From positions 1 to 21,489 of the forward strand of contig JBLICC010000012.1 of NCBI GenBank assembly GCA_047631715.1: a stretch of DNA of 21,489 nucleotides, in the 5' to 3' direction. This DNA is from Alteromonas naphthalenivorans. GTDB lineage: Bacteria > Babelota > Babeliae > Babelales > CAIQNR01. The notes under the pieces are model-generated. The model worked only from the letters and a program-made list of their open reading frames with translations, was not told where the DNA came from and made no database searches. This document shows, piece by piece, positions 1 through 7,629 of the stretch. Position 1 is the stretch's first letter. Each line of letters starts with the position of its first letter. The position numbers and the translations under genes are program-made.

Positions 1-393
1 ATTTTTAGAATGTTTATTCCATCTATCTTGAATATCTATAGTTTTTGAATCTATAGTTTTTGGACGGAATATTTTTTTATACCATTCTTTAGGATGCACC
101 CAATTAGGTGGAGTAACATAATATAAATTATGATGCCAGTTAAAATGTGGTTTATTTTCATCTTCAAGTACTTGATTTTTTAGTGTTTGAGCAGTATCTA
201 TTTTTTCTTGATTTATTCTATCTTTTTTTTCTGTTCCTAGTTGGTACATATATCCAGAAGCTGCTGCGCCTGCGAGTACCGTAGGTGAAATAACAAGATT
301 TTTTGCCGCACGAGCAAATGTGCCAGCAGCGTTTACTTGTGTTGCGCCCAGTAAACAAAGAGCTAAAATAACGTTTTTATTGATAGTAGACAT
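1..393 (-). CDS. Hypothetical secreted protein, partial (3' end runs off the window)
   Basis: Not in the ORF track; translated by hand. ATG at 393 with GGAGG just upstream, open for 131 codons to the edge: MSTINKNVILALCLLGATQVNA-AGTFARAAKNLVISPTVLAGAAASGYMY... Sec-type signal peptide ending V-N-A. Confidence 0.8.
   Translation of the reverse strand, partial: MSTINKNVILALCLLGATQVNAAGTFARAAKNLVISPTVLAGAAASGYMYQLGTEKKDRINQEKIDTAQTLKNQVLEDENKPHFNWHHNLYYVTPPNWVHPKEWYKKIFRPKTIDSKTIDIQDRWNKHSKN
34..62. repeat. Short tandem duplication, 15-nt period (ATCTATAGTTTTTG x2)
   Basis: Identical 14-mers at 34-47 and 49-62; encodes KTIDS-KTID in the minus-strand ORF. Confidence 0.8.
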
Positions 394-435
394 AAAACCT
401 CCATTTTTGTCTCATTTTTCTAAATTTCTATTAGA

Positions 436-463
436 ATTATAACATGTGTGCTTTTTTTGTAAA
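436..463 (-). promoter_or_regulatory. Putative sigma70 promoter for the ORF starting at 393
   Basis: Minus strand TTTACA (463-458), 16 nt, TATAAT (441-436), with extended -10 TGn. Confidence 0.55.
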
Positions 464-510
464 CAGGGTAAGGGATTTTGACTTACTGAGCTTATAAATT
501 AAGAGTTTAT

Positions 511-623
511 ACGAATCATCCTGAGTGGCCACCACAGGTGGTTGTATCGAAGGACGTAATTCGTTCTTTACTATCCTTCGATACAATTCTCGCTTTTAGC
601 TCAAATCACTCAGGATGACTCGT
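511..623. repeat. REP-like palindromic doublet, intergenic copy (unit A - 19 nt - unit B)
   Basis: Outer IR 511-527/607-623 (16/17 match), inner IR TTGTATCGAAGGA 542-554 / TCCTTCGATACAA 574-586 (13/13), side hairpin CCACC-ACA-GGTGG. Both halves recur inside murE. Confidence 0.9.
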
Positions 624-646
624 TTGTGTTATGTATGAATAAATTT

Positions 647-1240
647 CTATAGTCCCAGTCTGCCAGAGAATATTTTTATTCTTCGATAGTCGTTACCGGT
701 TAAAAGTGAAATAGTTTGGATAATAGTGTACAGCTTATCTTCGGTTAAAATACCAAGTTGTTTTTGCTCTCTCAGCATAGCAAGCAAAAGCTCGTCTTTG
801 TTCTTAATCTGTTCGCTTGCAAAAATAAGAGGTAGATAGGCAGAAGAGGCAAAAAACTGTTTGCTCAGCAAGACAGAGCTTTTATGAATAAAAGCATGAA
901 TCTTGGGTGGTTCAGGTGGCACCTGATAAAAGATGCGTTCTTGTTCCATAAATCCGAGTGCTAAGCATGAGAACGTTGTTTTTAGAAATTCAAAGATTTG
1001 AGGTTGTTCTGCTAATAATTCTTGTTCGGTTTTTTTATAAGCAAAAGGTGTGCGTCCAGGGTCTGTTGATCCTGTGTAAACCTGATAAACAAGCCCAAAC
1101 CAGGTTCGTTTTGGGGTAATAATTGTGGTTAATGAGCCATAGGTTGGGAATGTGTCCCAATCCCAACTTTGCCCGGTCCAGGTTTGTAGAGAGCTTTCTA
1201 TAACTTCAGAAAAGGCTGATTTGTCTGTTTTTATCACCAT
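647..1240 (-). CDS. Stand-alone HAS-barrel-like protein
   Basis: 197 aa, GGAGA RBS. Motifs F.EVIE, P.YGS, ELL.EQPQIF..LKT.F...LGF and YQ.PP.PP.IH match my recollection of the stand-alone HAS-barrel domain family. Start overlaps the end of rnhB by 35 nt. Confidence 0.55.
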   Translation of the reverse strand: MVIKTDKSAFSEVIESSLQTWTGQSWDWDTFPTYGSLTTIITPKRTWFGLVYQVYTGSTDPGRTPFAYKKTEQELLAEQPQIFEFLKTTFSCLALGFMEQERIFYQVPPEPPKIHAFIHKSSVLLSKQFFASSAYLPLIFASEQIKNKDELLLAMLREQKQLGILTEDKLYTIIQTISLLTGNDYRRIKIFSGRLGL

Positions 1241-1886
1241 CTTTTTCTCCTGTTTTTATCTTTGTAAGAAAAGTAGTTCGGTGAATAATGGAGGGCTGTA
1301 CTGTTTTAAGGGTAAGCATATGATTTTTTGATCCGTACCCTTTATTTGAGCTTAGATCGTATCCAGGGAAAAAACCATCCATTCTTTTCATGAGCTCATC
1401 ACGTTTAACTTTGGCTAAAATAGAAGCAGCTGCGATAGAGATAGATTTACTTTCTCCTTTAGTAAAAGAAGCTATTTTAATAGATTCTAACTCTCCAGCT
1501 AAAGAAAGAGGCATTGCGTCGATTAAAATAAGGCCAGGGCGAGGAGCGTCAGGATGAGAAAAAAGACCATAGAGTGCCTTTTTCATGGCTAATTGAGTAG
1601 CTTTATAGATATTATGTTTATCTACTAAATGGGCATCTATAATACCAAAACTATGCCAAGAATGTTGATAAATCCACTTTGCAGCCTCAAGCCTATTATT
1701 TTCAGACAGAATTTTAGAATCTTTAAGTAGAGGGTGGGTTTTAAAGGGGTGTAAAATGACGGCAGATGTTACAACTGGTCCAGCCAGACATCCTCTGCCA
1801 ACCTCGTCTATACCACACAAATAAGCCTGTAGGGACCACATTTTTTGTTCAAATTGAGCTGGGTTTAAAGGGGCGGAGCTTAACAT
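1206..1886 (-). CDS. rnhB: Ribonuclease HII
   Basis: GIDEVGRGCLAGPVV, LKDSK, ILIDA, KGES.S.SIAAASILAKV.RD, NKGYG, HR.TF. ATG at 1886 preferred over the track's TTG at 1907. Confidence 0.97.
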   Translation of the reverse strand: MLSSAPLNPAQFEQKMWSLQAYLCGIDEVGRGCLAGPVVTSAVILHPFKTHPLLKDSKILSENNRLEAAKWIYQHSWHSFGIIDAHLVDKHNIYKATQLAMKKALYGLFSHPDAPRPGLILIDAMPLSLAGELESIKIASFTKGESKSISIAAASILAKVKRDELMKRMDGFFPGYDLSSNKGYGSKNHMLTLKTVQPSIIHRTTFLTKIKTGEKDGDKNRQISLF

Positions 1887-1900
1887 TTTTTCTTTTCCAT

Positions 1901-1928
1901 TTGACAAGAGTTAAAAAACCTGTATTCT
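1901..1928 (+). promoter_or_regulatory. Putative sigma70 promoter for the XRE regulator
   Basis: TTGACA (1901-1906), 16 nt, TATTCT (1923-1928). Confidence 0.45.
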
Positions 1929-1989
1929 ATTAGAAAATACGCAGTGTTAACAAATCACGAACCAAAGCTAACAAATTAAGGAGTTGATC

Positions 1990-2661
1990 ATGTCATCAAC
2001 AGCCCTTAGAGTCAAGGAGCTACTAAGAGAAAAAGGTTGGACAACCAAAATCTTAGCAGAAAAGACAGGAATGTCAGAAAGTTACTTGACCCACATAAAG
2101 AACGGAACAAGACGTTGGAACGAAGATTCGCTTAAAAAATTAGCGAATGCTTTTGAAATCAGTCCAATTGATCTTTTTGCAGAGCGTAGAAAAAGAACAG
2201 ACAATATTGACAGTAATGTTAGTATGCCTGAAAAATCAGATATTGATCTTAAAGTACAGGTGGTTCCGGTTGTAGGAGAAATTCCTTCAAATCCGTCCCC
2301 TTATAATAATCAACTTATGCAAACAACTACTGGTTACAAAGATATTTTTGTACCAACGTTGAATACTACAGATGCATCTATGTTTGCCTTAGGTATAGAT
2401 AATAACTTATTAGCACCAGCTTTTGTTAAGGGCGATATGCTTATTATTTCTCCAGAAGTATGGACTCGCTCAGGTGATGTTGCTGCAGTTGAATATGGTA
2501 ACGATACGCCTATTAAGGCTATTATGCAGGTTACTTTTAGCGAAGATTTTATTGTTCTTGAATCTCCTAACAGAAAGCAGGCTCCGTCAGCTTTAGTTAG
2601 AGGTAAAGACCATTTCAGAATTATTGGAAGAGTGGTTCAGCGAATTCAAAAATTCACTTAA
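1990..2661 (+). CDS. XRE/Cro-CI HTH regulator with C-terminal S24 (LexA/CI-like) domain, apparently non-catalytic
   Basis: N-terminal LRVKELLREKGWT...LAEKTGMSESYLTHIKNG...LKKLANAF; C-terminal VPVVGEI, FAL.I......P.F.KGD.LII, F.IIGRVV. AAGGAG at 1978-1983 favours ATG 1990. Confidence 0.85.
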   Translation: MSSTALRVKELLREKGWTTKILAEKTGMSESYLTHIKNGTRRWNEDSLKKLANAFEISPIDLFAERRKRTDNIDSNVSMPEKSDIDLKVQVVPVVGEIPSNPSPYNNQLMQTTTGYKDIFVPTLNTTDASMFALGIDNNLLAPAFVKGDMLIISPEVWTRSGDVAAVEYGNDTPIKAIMQVTFSEDFIVLESPNRKQAPSALVRGKDHFRIIGRVVQRIQKFT

Positions 2662-2684
2662 TCTCCTCTCTCTAAGCTCATTTT

Positions 2685-2733
2685 AATACCAGAAAAACTA
2701 TCTTTTTATAGTCTTTCTGGTATTCTTATTTTT
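2685..2733 (+). terminator. Hairpin / probable intrinsic terminator after the XRE gene
   Basis: AATACCAGAAAAACTAT (2685-2701) / ATAGTCTTTCTGGTATT (2708-2724), one mismatch, followed by a T-rich tract. Confidence 0.55.
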
Positions 2734-2756
2734 ACTTATTAGTGTACTAAATAAGG

Positions 2757-2823
2757 TAACTGGTCCAATTGTTATTTTATAGTGCTCAGTGTAGAGCATT
2801 TCCAGTTAGTAACCACAAAGGAA
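2757..2823 (+). promoter_or_regulatory. Candidate structured rpsF leader (possible S6:S18 autoregulatory element)
   Basis: TAACTGG 2757-2763 pairs with CCAGTTA 2802-2808, enclosing AGTGCTC/GAGCATT; a CCA sits just 5' of the AAAGGA SD. Confidence 0.35.
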
Positions 2824-2827
2824 TCGT

Positions 2828-3367
2828 ATGACTAAATACGAATATTTGATGCTTGCAAATCCCGGGATAACCGGCGATGAAACAAGTGGTCTTGAACAAA
2901 ATTTTGAAAAGCTTGTTAAGCAATTCAAAGGCTCTCTTGTTTCTTTCGATCGTTGGGGTAAATGTCGTTTAGCGTATCCAGTAAAACATCGTGATTATGG
3001 TGTGTATTATATGGTTCGTTTTGAAATGGACTCTCCTCAAGATTTTCTTAAAGAAATTAAATTATTGCTTGATGTGAAATACAATGATCTTATTATTCGA
3101 GCTGCAACAGTTAAAATTGATGCAAGAAAGAATTATACTGATTTTCGTCCAGAATCTGTAGAAGACATTCCAACACGTAATGTTGATCAATTCTTGCGTG
3201 AAAACAAGATGGAAGGTTTAATTGGTAAAGATGCAAAAGCTCCTGCAAAAGAAGCAGTTGCTGATGTTAAGCCAGTTGAAGCTACAGCAAAAGAAACAGT
3301 GGTTGAAGAAGTAAAAAAAGAAGCATCTTCTAAAGCTGATTCTAAAGACGAAGGGGCATCTGCATGA
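2828..3367 (+). CDS. rpsF: 30S ribosomal protein S6 with long charged C-terminal extension
   Basis: MTKYE.L, WGK.RLAYP.K...G.Y; followed by an ~80-aa extension ending in an Ala/Lys/Glu-rich tail. Confidence 0.95.
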   Translation: MTKYEYLMLANPGITGDETSGLEQNFEKLVKQFKGSLVSFDRWGKCRLAYPVKHRDYGVYYMVRFEMDSPQDFLKEIKLLLDVKYNDLIIRAATVKIDARKNYTDFRPESVEDIPTRNVDQFLRENKMEGLIGKDAKAPAKEAVADVKPVEATAKETVVEEVKKEASSKADSKDEGASA

Positions 3368-3651
3368 CTAAGAAATTAAAATTAAAAATAAGCGCTCGCT
3401 TATTAAAGAAAAAAACTAAACGTTTTTCTGCGACTCAAAAAAAGCATTGTCGTTTTTGCGGTGGTCCAGAGCAAGAAGCTACACTTGATTATAAAAACAC
3501 CAATGTTTTACGTAATTTCTTAACTGAGCGTGGTAAGATTTTAGCATCACGTATTTCTGGAAACTGTGCTTTCCATCAGCGTGAGCTTGGTTCGGCTATT
3601 AAGTTGTCTCGTACTATGGCATTGTTGCCGTATGGTTCAACACGTTATTAA
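3364..3651 (+). CDS. rpsR: 30S ribosomal protein S18 (zinc-binding C+ type)
   Basis: CRFC...LDYKN...LRNFLTERGKIL.SRISGNCAFHQR.L..AIK.SR.MALLPY; ATGA overlap with rpsF. Confidence 0.97.
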   Translation: MTKKLKLKISARLLKKKTKRFSATQKKHCRFCGGPEQEATLDYKNTNVLRNFLTERGKILASRISGNCAFHQRELGSAIKLSRTMALLPYGSTRY

Positions 3652-3671
3652 TAGCGTAGATTAAAAAGATT

Positions 3672-3705
3672 AAAGAGGTTGCTTTTTATAAGTGACCTCT
3701 TTTTT
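3672..3705 (+). terminator. Intrinsic terminator after rpsF-rpsR
   Basis: AAAGAGGTTGCTT / AAGTGACCTCTTT stem with G-U pairs, then a T run. Confidence 0.75.
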
Positions 3706-3718
3706 ATTAAGGGTGGTT

Positions 3719-4468
3719 ATGAATTCTTATAAACTTGTTATTGCTTATGATGGCACTGATTATCATGGATGGCAGTGGCAAGATAATGCGGTTACAGTCG
3801 ATAGCATTTTAAGAAAAACATTTCTTCGTACATTTAAGCAAACAGAAATGCATATAGTTGGGGCGTCGAGAACCGATGCTGGTGTTCATGCGCAGGGGCA
3901 GGTTGTGCGTATTGGGACACATATGGATATTGATCCACAGAAGCTTATGTATGTTTTTAATAATGCATTGTCTGATGACATTATTATTACAGAATGTTCT
4001 CGTATTGATTTAGAGAGTAGATTTCACCCTCAACATGATATTGCAAAGAAAATATATACATATCGCTTTTATCTTAAGCGTCCTGGTCCTATGAAGCAGC
4101 GTTATGGTTGTTTTATAGGGTATCCTATTGATACTTACAAATTAGTACAAGCACTTACTGTTTTTGTAGGAACGCATGATTTTCGTGCTTTTTCTAAAGA
4201 ACTAGAAGCTAAAAATACTGTTCGTACGATAGATGGGATTACTGTTACATCGTGTAAAACAACAGGTGCGCATATTATTACCGTTATAGGAAAATCTTTT
4301 TTACGTCATATGATTCGTAGAATTGTAGGGGCAGCATTTGAAATTGCACGAAAACCTAATCGATCTTGTCAGGAGCTTAAACAATTGCTTCTTATTCCTC
4401 AACTTGTAAAAAATCTTCCCACAGCGCCTGCAAAAGGGTTATGCTTAGAGTCTATTACGTACCAGTAA
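3719..4468 (+). CDS. truA: tRNA pseudouridine(38-40) synthase
   Basis: YDGTDYHGWQ.Q, GASRTDAGVHA.GQV, GTHDF.AF, FLRHMIRRIVG, TAPAKGL.L. The track's GTG at 3692 lies inside the terminator, so ATG 3719 is used. Confidence 0.95.
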   Translation: MNSYKLVIAYDGTDYHGWQWQDNAVTVDSILRKTFLRTFKQTEMHIVGASRTDAGVHAQGQVVRIGTHMDIDPQKLMYVFNNALSDDIIITECSRIDLESRFHPQHDIAKKIYTYRFYLKRPGPMKQRYGCFIGYPIDTYKLVQALTVFVGTHDFRAFSKELEAKNTVRTIDGITVTSCKTTGAHIITVIGKSFLRHMIRRIVGAAFEIARKPNRSCQELKQLLLIPQLVKNLPTAPAKGLCLESITYQ

Positions 4469-4495
4469 CAAAATAATCTAGAGAAAGGGGACTTT

Positions 4496-5059
4496 ATGAG
4501 AAAGAGAATACTGGGGTCGGTCTTGCTTGCGGGTGCAATGCTTGTTTCGGGAATTACCTTTAATGCGTATCGTGCGGCGAACATTGCAGGTATATATTCG
4601 GAAACATTTCGTTTGTGTAAAACTGCGGATCAACATGCATTTGTAGAGAAAGTATTTAAAGAGAATTTTTCTTTATTAACAGTTAATCCGGATCATAATT
4701 TTGATGTTATGTTGCAAAAGCGTTCTCCTAATAGGCATGAATCTAAATATTTTGGAAAAATGGATACGGTTATTTTATATGATAATAATGATCCTGTTGG
4801 ATTTATTTCGTATTATATGAAAAAAACATATAAAGGTCATATTCTTTATTTAGCTATAGACCAAAAGTTTAGGCGCAAAGGTTATGCAAGGAAATTAGTT
4901 TCATTTGCGATGGATTCTCTTAAAAAACAAGGCGCTAAGGTAATTAAAATTTGTACTTATGATTTTAATATTGCAGCTCAAAAATTATACACACAGCAAT
5001 TTGGTTTTATTAAAGAAGATCAAGATGGTAAATTCATTTTTTATCGCAAAGATGTTTGA
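4496..5059 (+). CDS. GNAT-family N-acetyltransferase with N-terminal signal peptide or anchor
   Basis: VGFISY, GHILYLAID..FRRKGYA..L (acetyl-CoA motif A), N.AAQKLY...GF; N-terminus MRKRILGSVLLAGAMLVSGITF. Confidence 0.85.
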   Translation: MRKRILGSVLLAGAMLVSGITFNAYRAANIAGIYSETFRLCKTADQHAFVEKVFKENFSLLTVNPDHNFDVMLQKRSPNRHESKYFGKMDTVILYDNNDPVGFISYYMKKTYKGHILYLAIDQKFRRKGYARKLVSFAMDSLKKQGAKVIKICTYDFNIAAQKLYTQQFGFIKEDQDGKFIFYRKDV

Positions 5060-6552
5060 AGCCCATCGAGCATTACTTGTGCAATAAACGGTGCTACATC
5101 GCTTAATTGGTGTAGTGGTAAAACTAAATGAATGTCTTTAAGTTCCTCGGTTACCATGATAAAAAAAACGGGATTTTGAGTATGAGACGTTAAAGGCTGT
5201 TTTGTTTTTCCGTCTATCATTTCTTCTGCATTACCGTGATCACTGGTGATATATACAATGCCTTTTTGCTTAACAACAATCTCGTTAATCAATTCTTTGA
5301 GCTGTGTATCAAGGCATTCTAATGCTTTGAGTGTTGCATTAAAATCGCCCGTATGCCCAACCATATCTGCATTGGCATAATTTATAATATAGAGATCCTG
5401 AGGGTTTGTTTTTAAAGATTCAAGAGTTGCTTGTGTAATAGTAGGAGCACTCATTTCTGGAAATTTATCATATTTTTCGCGTGTTATAGAAGGTACAAGT
5501 ACTCGCGTTTCGTTGGTTAGTTTTTCTTCTCTTCCGCCATTAAAAAAATAAGTAATATGTGCATATTTTTCTGTTTCTGCAATAGTAAAAATTGAATAGT
5601 CTTGGTCATGTAAAAACTGAGTAAGTGTTTGAGGTGTTTCTGGCCGTTCAAAAAGTGTAATAGTGTTATGGTCAGGGCCATAAGAAACAGGTGTTATAAA
5701 AAAAGCGAGTTTTAGTGGGTCCTCATTTTTTAATGTATTACCATCAAGAAAAAATGAAGTGAGTTGTCGTGCTCGATCAGCTCTAATGTTAAAAAAGATA
5801 ACTCCGTCACCGGTTTTAATGGTTGCTTGTGAATTGAGTTGTACAGGATCAAAAAATTCTTCTGATGGATGAGCATTGTTTTGTTCTTTAAGATACTCTT
5901 GCCATGTTTGTGTTTTATTTTCTTGGGATGAGGTGAGAGCAAGATAGCTTTTTTCTGTTTGTTGCCAATTTTTGTTTCTGTCCATAGCATAAAAACGCCC
6001 GTGGAGTGATCCAATAATTCCAATGCCTAATGTTTTGCACTGTTTTTCTACCAGAGCTAAATAGTTTTCTGCACTATGAGGAATAGTGTCTCTGCCATCT
6101 AAAAAACCATGAATAACAATATTTTCAACACCTTCTTTTGCCGCCATTTTTAAGAAAGCAAAAAGATGATCAAGAGAGCTATGCACCCCTCCGTCTGAGA
6201 GTAAACCCATTAAGTGTAAAGTTTTGCCGGAGTCTTTAAGAGTAACAAAGGCAGCTTTAAGTTTTTGATTTTTATAAAATGAACCATCTTCAATTGCTTT
6301 TTCTACTAAGGTGAGCGATTGAGGAACGACAGTACCGCATCCTAAGGTAAGATGTCCTACTTCTGAGTTTCCATTATATCCATCAGGTAACCCAACAGAT
6401 GCGCCAGAAGCTTTGAGTGTTGTTGCTGGGTAGGTAGAAAGCAGTTTGCTAAAAGTGGGCATTGACGCTTGAGCTATTGCATTGCCTTCTTCTTCTTCTT
6501 TGTAGCCAAATCCATCGAGTATAATAAGTGCCGTGGGAAAGCTGTTTTTCAT
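5041..6552 (-). CDS. gpmI: 2,3-bisphosphoglycerate-independent phosphoglycerate mutase
   Basis: LIILDGFG, GNSEVGH, GLLSDGGVHS, DGRD, GRFYAMDR, ETEKYAH.TYFFNGG, NADMVGHTG, SDHGNAE. Confidence 0.98.
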   Translation of the reverse strand: MKNSFPTALIILDGFGYKEEEEGNAIAQASMPTFSKLLSTYPATTLKASGASVGLPDGYNGNSEVGHLTLGCGTVVPQSLTLVEKAIEDGSFYKNQKLKAAFVTLKDSGKTLHLMGLLSDGGVHSSLDHLFAFLKMAAKEGVENIVIHGFLDGRDTIPHSAENYLALVEKQCKTLGIGIIGSLHGRFYAMDRNKNWQQTEKSYLALTSSQENKTQTWQEYLKEQNNAHPSEEFFDPVQLNSQATIKTGDGVIFFNIRADRARQLTSFFLDGNTLKNEDPLKLAFFITPVSYGPDHNTITLFERPETPQTLTQFLHDQDYSIFTIAETEKYAHITYFFNGGREEKLTNETRVLVPSITREKYDKFPEMSAPTITQATLESLKTNPQDLYIINYANADMVGHTGDFNATLKALECLDTQLKELINEIVVKQKGIVYITSDHGNAEEMIDGKTKQPLTSHTQNPVFFIMVTEELKDIHLVLPLHQLSDVAPFIAQVMLDGLQTSLR

Positions 6553-6623
6553 GATAATTCCTTTTTTCTAAGGGCATATGATATACTATAGAATATAAGT
6601 AAGATAAAAAATAAGGGAAAAGA

Positions 6624-6914
6624 ATGAATAAAAAAATAATGGCACTCGTTTTTGCAATAAGTATTTTACAATCATTAGGTGCAGAAAGTTTTGATTCAGA
6701 TGATTTTGACCCATCTATGTTTGATGGTAAGCATACCGAAGAATTCGGTAACATGATCGTTGTAAAAGAACCAGAAGAAAAAAAAATATCGATATTCGAT
6801 GTACCAAGTCTTGCTGTAGGTTATGTATATCATACTCACTTAAAACCAAATTTTTATGCCGCTTTTACAGCGCTTTTTGCAATAGAGAAAGATGTGACTA
6901 GTGAAAGACAATAA
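6624..6914 (+). CDS. Small hypothetical protein with signal peptide
   Basis: 96 aa, AAGGGA RBS; MNKKIMALVFAISILQSLGA followed by an acidic stretch; overlaps the rsmE start. Confidence 0.7.
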   Translation: MNKKIMALVFAISILQSLGAESFDSDDFDPSMFDGKHTEEFGNMIVVKEPEEKKISIFDVPSLAVGYVYHTHLKPNFYAAFTALFAIEKDVTSERQ

Positions 6915-7629
6915 ACACGAATTTGCATTGTATTATCCAGAACTTTCTTTGCAGAAACAGAAAAAAGAATTTTCTATTACCGATCAACCATTAATTCAAC
7001 GTATAGTTTCTGTCTTGCGATTAAAGCAAGGTGATATTCTTACGCTATTCGATCAACGAATACATGTACAGGGTAAACTTGGAGCATGCTCAAAAAAAAG
7101 CTGTTCTTTATTAGTCGAAAATTGGCATGAAAATATACATATTGAGCCAGGCATTACTGTTTTGTTGCCTCTTCTTAAACGTGATGCAATTGAGTTAGCT
7201 ATCTATTCTTGTGTTGCTTTAGGTGCTACAACCATTCAGCTGGTACATACAGAAAAAACTCGAAAATGGCAGGGTGATAAAGAGTTAGATCGTTTAATAC
7301 GCATTATTATTGCAGCAGCTGAGCAATCAAAACATTTTATATTTCCAACCATTAATATGCCTATTGATTTAGTGAGTGCGCTTGAAAAGTATCAGCAAAT
7401 ACCATATAAATTATTTGCAGAGCCTAATGGTAAAAAATTATTAAAGGTTCTTGAGCAATGCGATAGCAAGCAAGAGTTTGTATTATTAGTTGGCCCTGAG
7501 GGAGACTTAACAAGTTCTGAAAAAGAATTACTATCTAAAGAATTTGTATCTTGCAGATTAACGCCGACTATTTTAAAATCGGAACAAGCACTGGCTTTAT
7601 TGCTGGGAACGGTACGATTGGCTACATAA
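6901..7629 (+). CDS. rsmE: 16S rRNA m3U1498 methyltransferase RsmE
   Basis: VLRLK.GD...LFD, LG...I, AAEQS, VGPEG.L...E, L.P.IL..E.A (SPOUT RsmE pattern). Confidence 0.9.
   Translation: MKDNKHEFALYYPELSLQKQKKEFSITDQPLIQRIVSVLRLKQGDILTLFDQRIHVQGKLGACSKKSCSLLVENWHENIHIEPGITVLLPLLKRDAIELAIYSCVALGATTIQLVHTEKTRKWQGDKELDRLIRIIIAAAEQSKHFIFPTINMPIDLVSALEKYQQIPYKLFAEPNGKKLLKVLEQCDSKQEFVLLVGPEGDLTSSEKELLSKEFVSCRLTPTILKSEQALALLLGTVRLAT

Noticed and set aside
511..623. CRISPR array or simple terminator reading of the palindrome
   Set aside because: Units are inverted rather than direct repeats, no cas genes are present, there is no clean poly-T tail, and the same units occur inside a CDS.
1990..2661. 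Prophage repressor marking a prophage
   Set aside because: No integrase, cro or structural genes; flanked by rnhB and rpsF.
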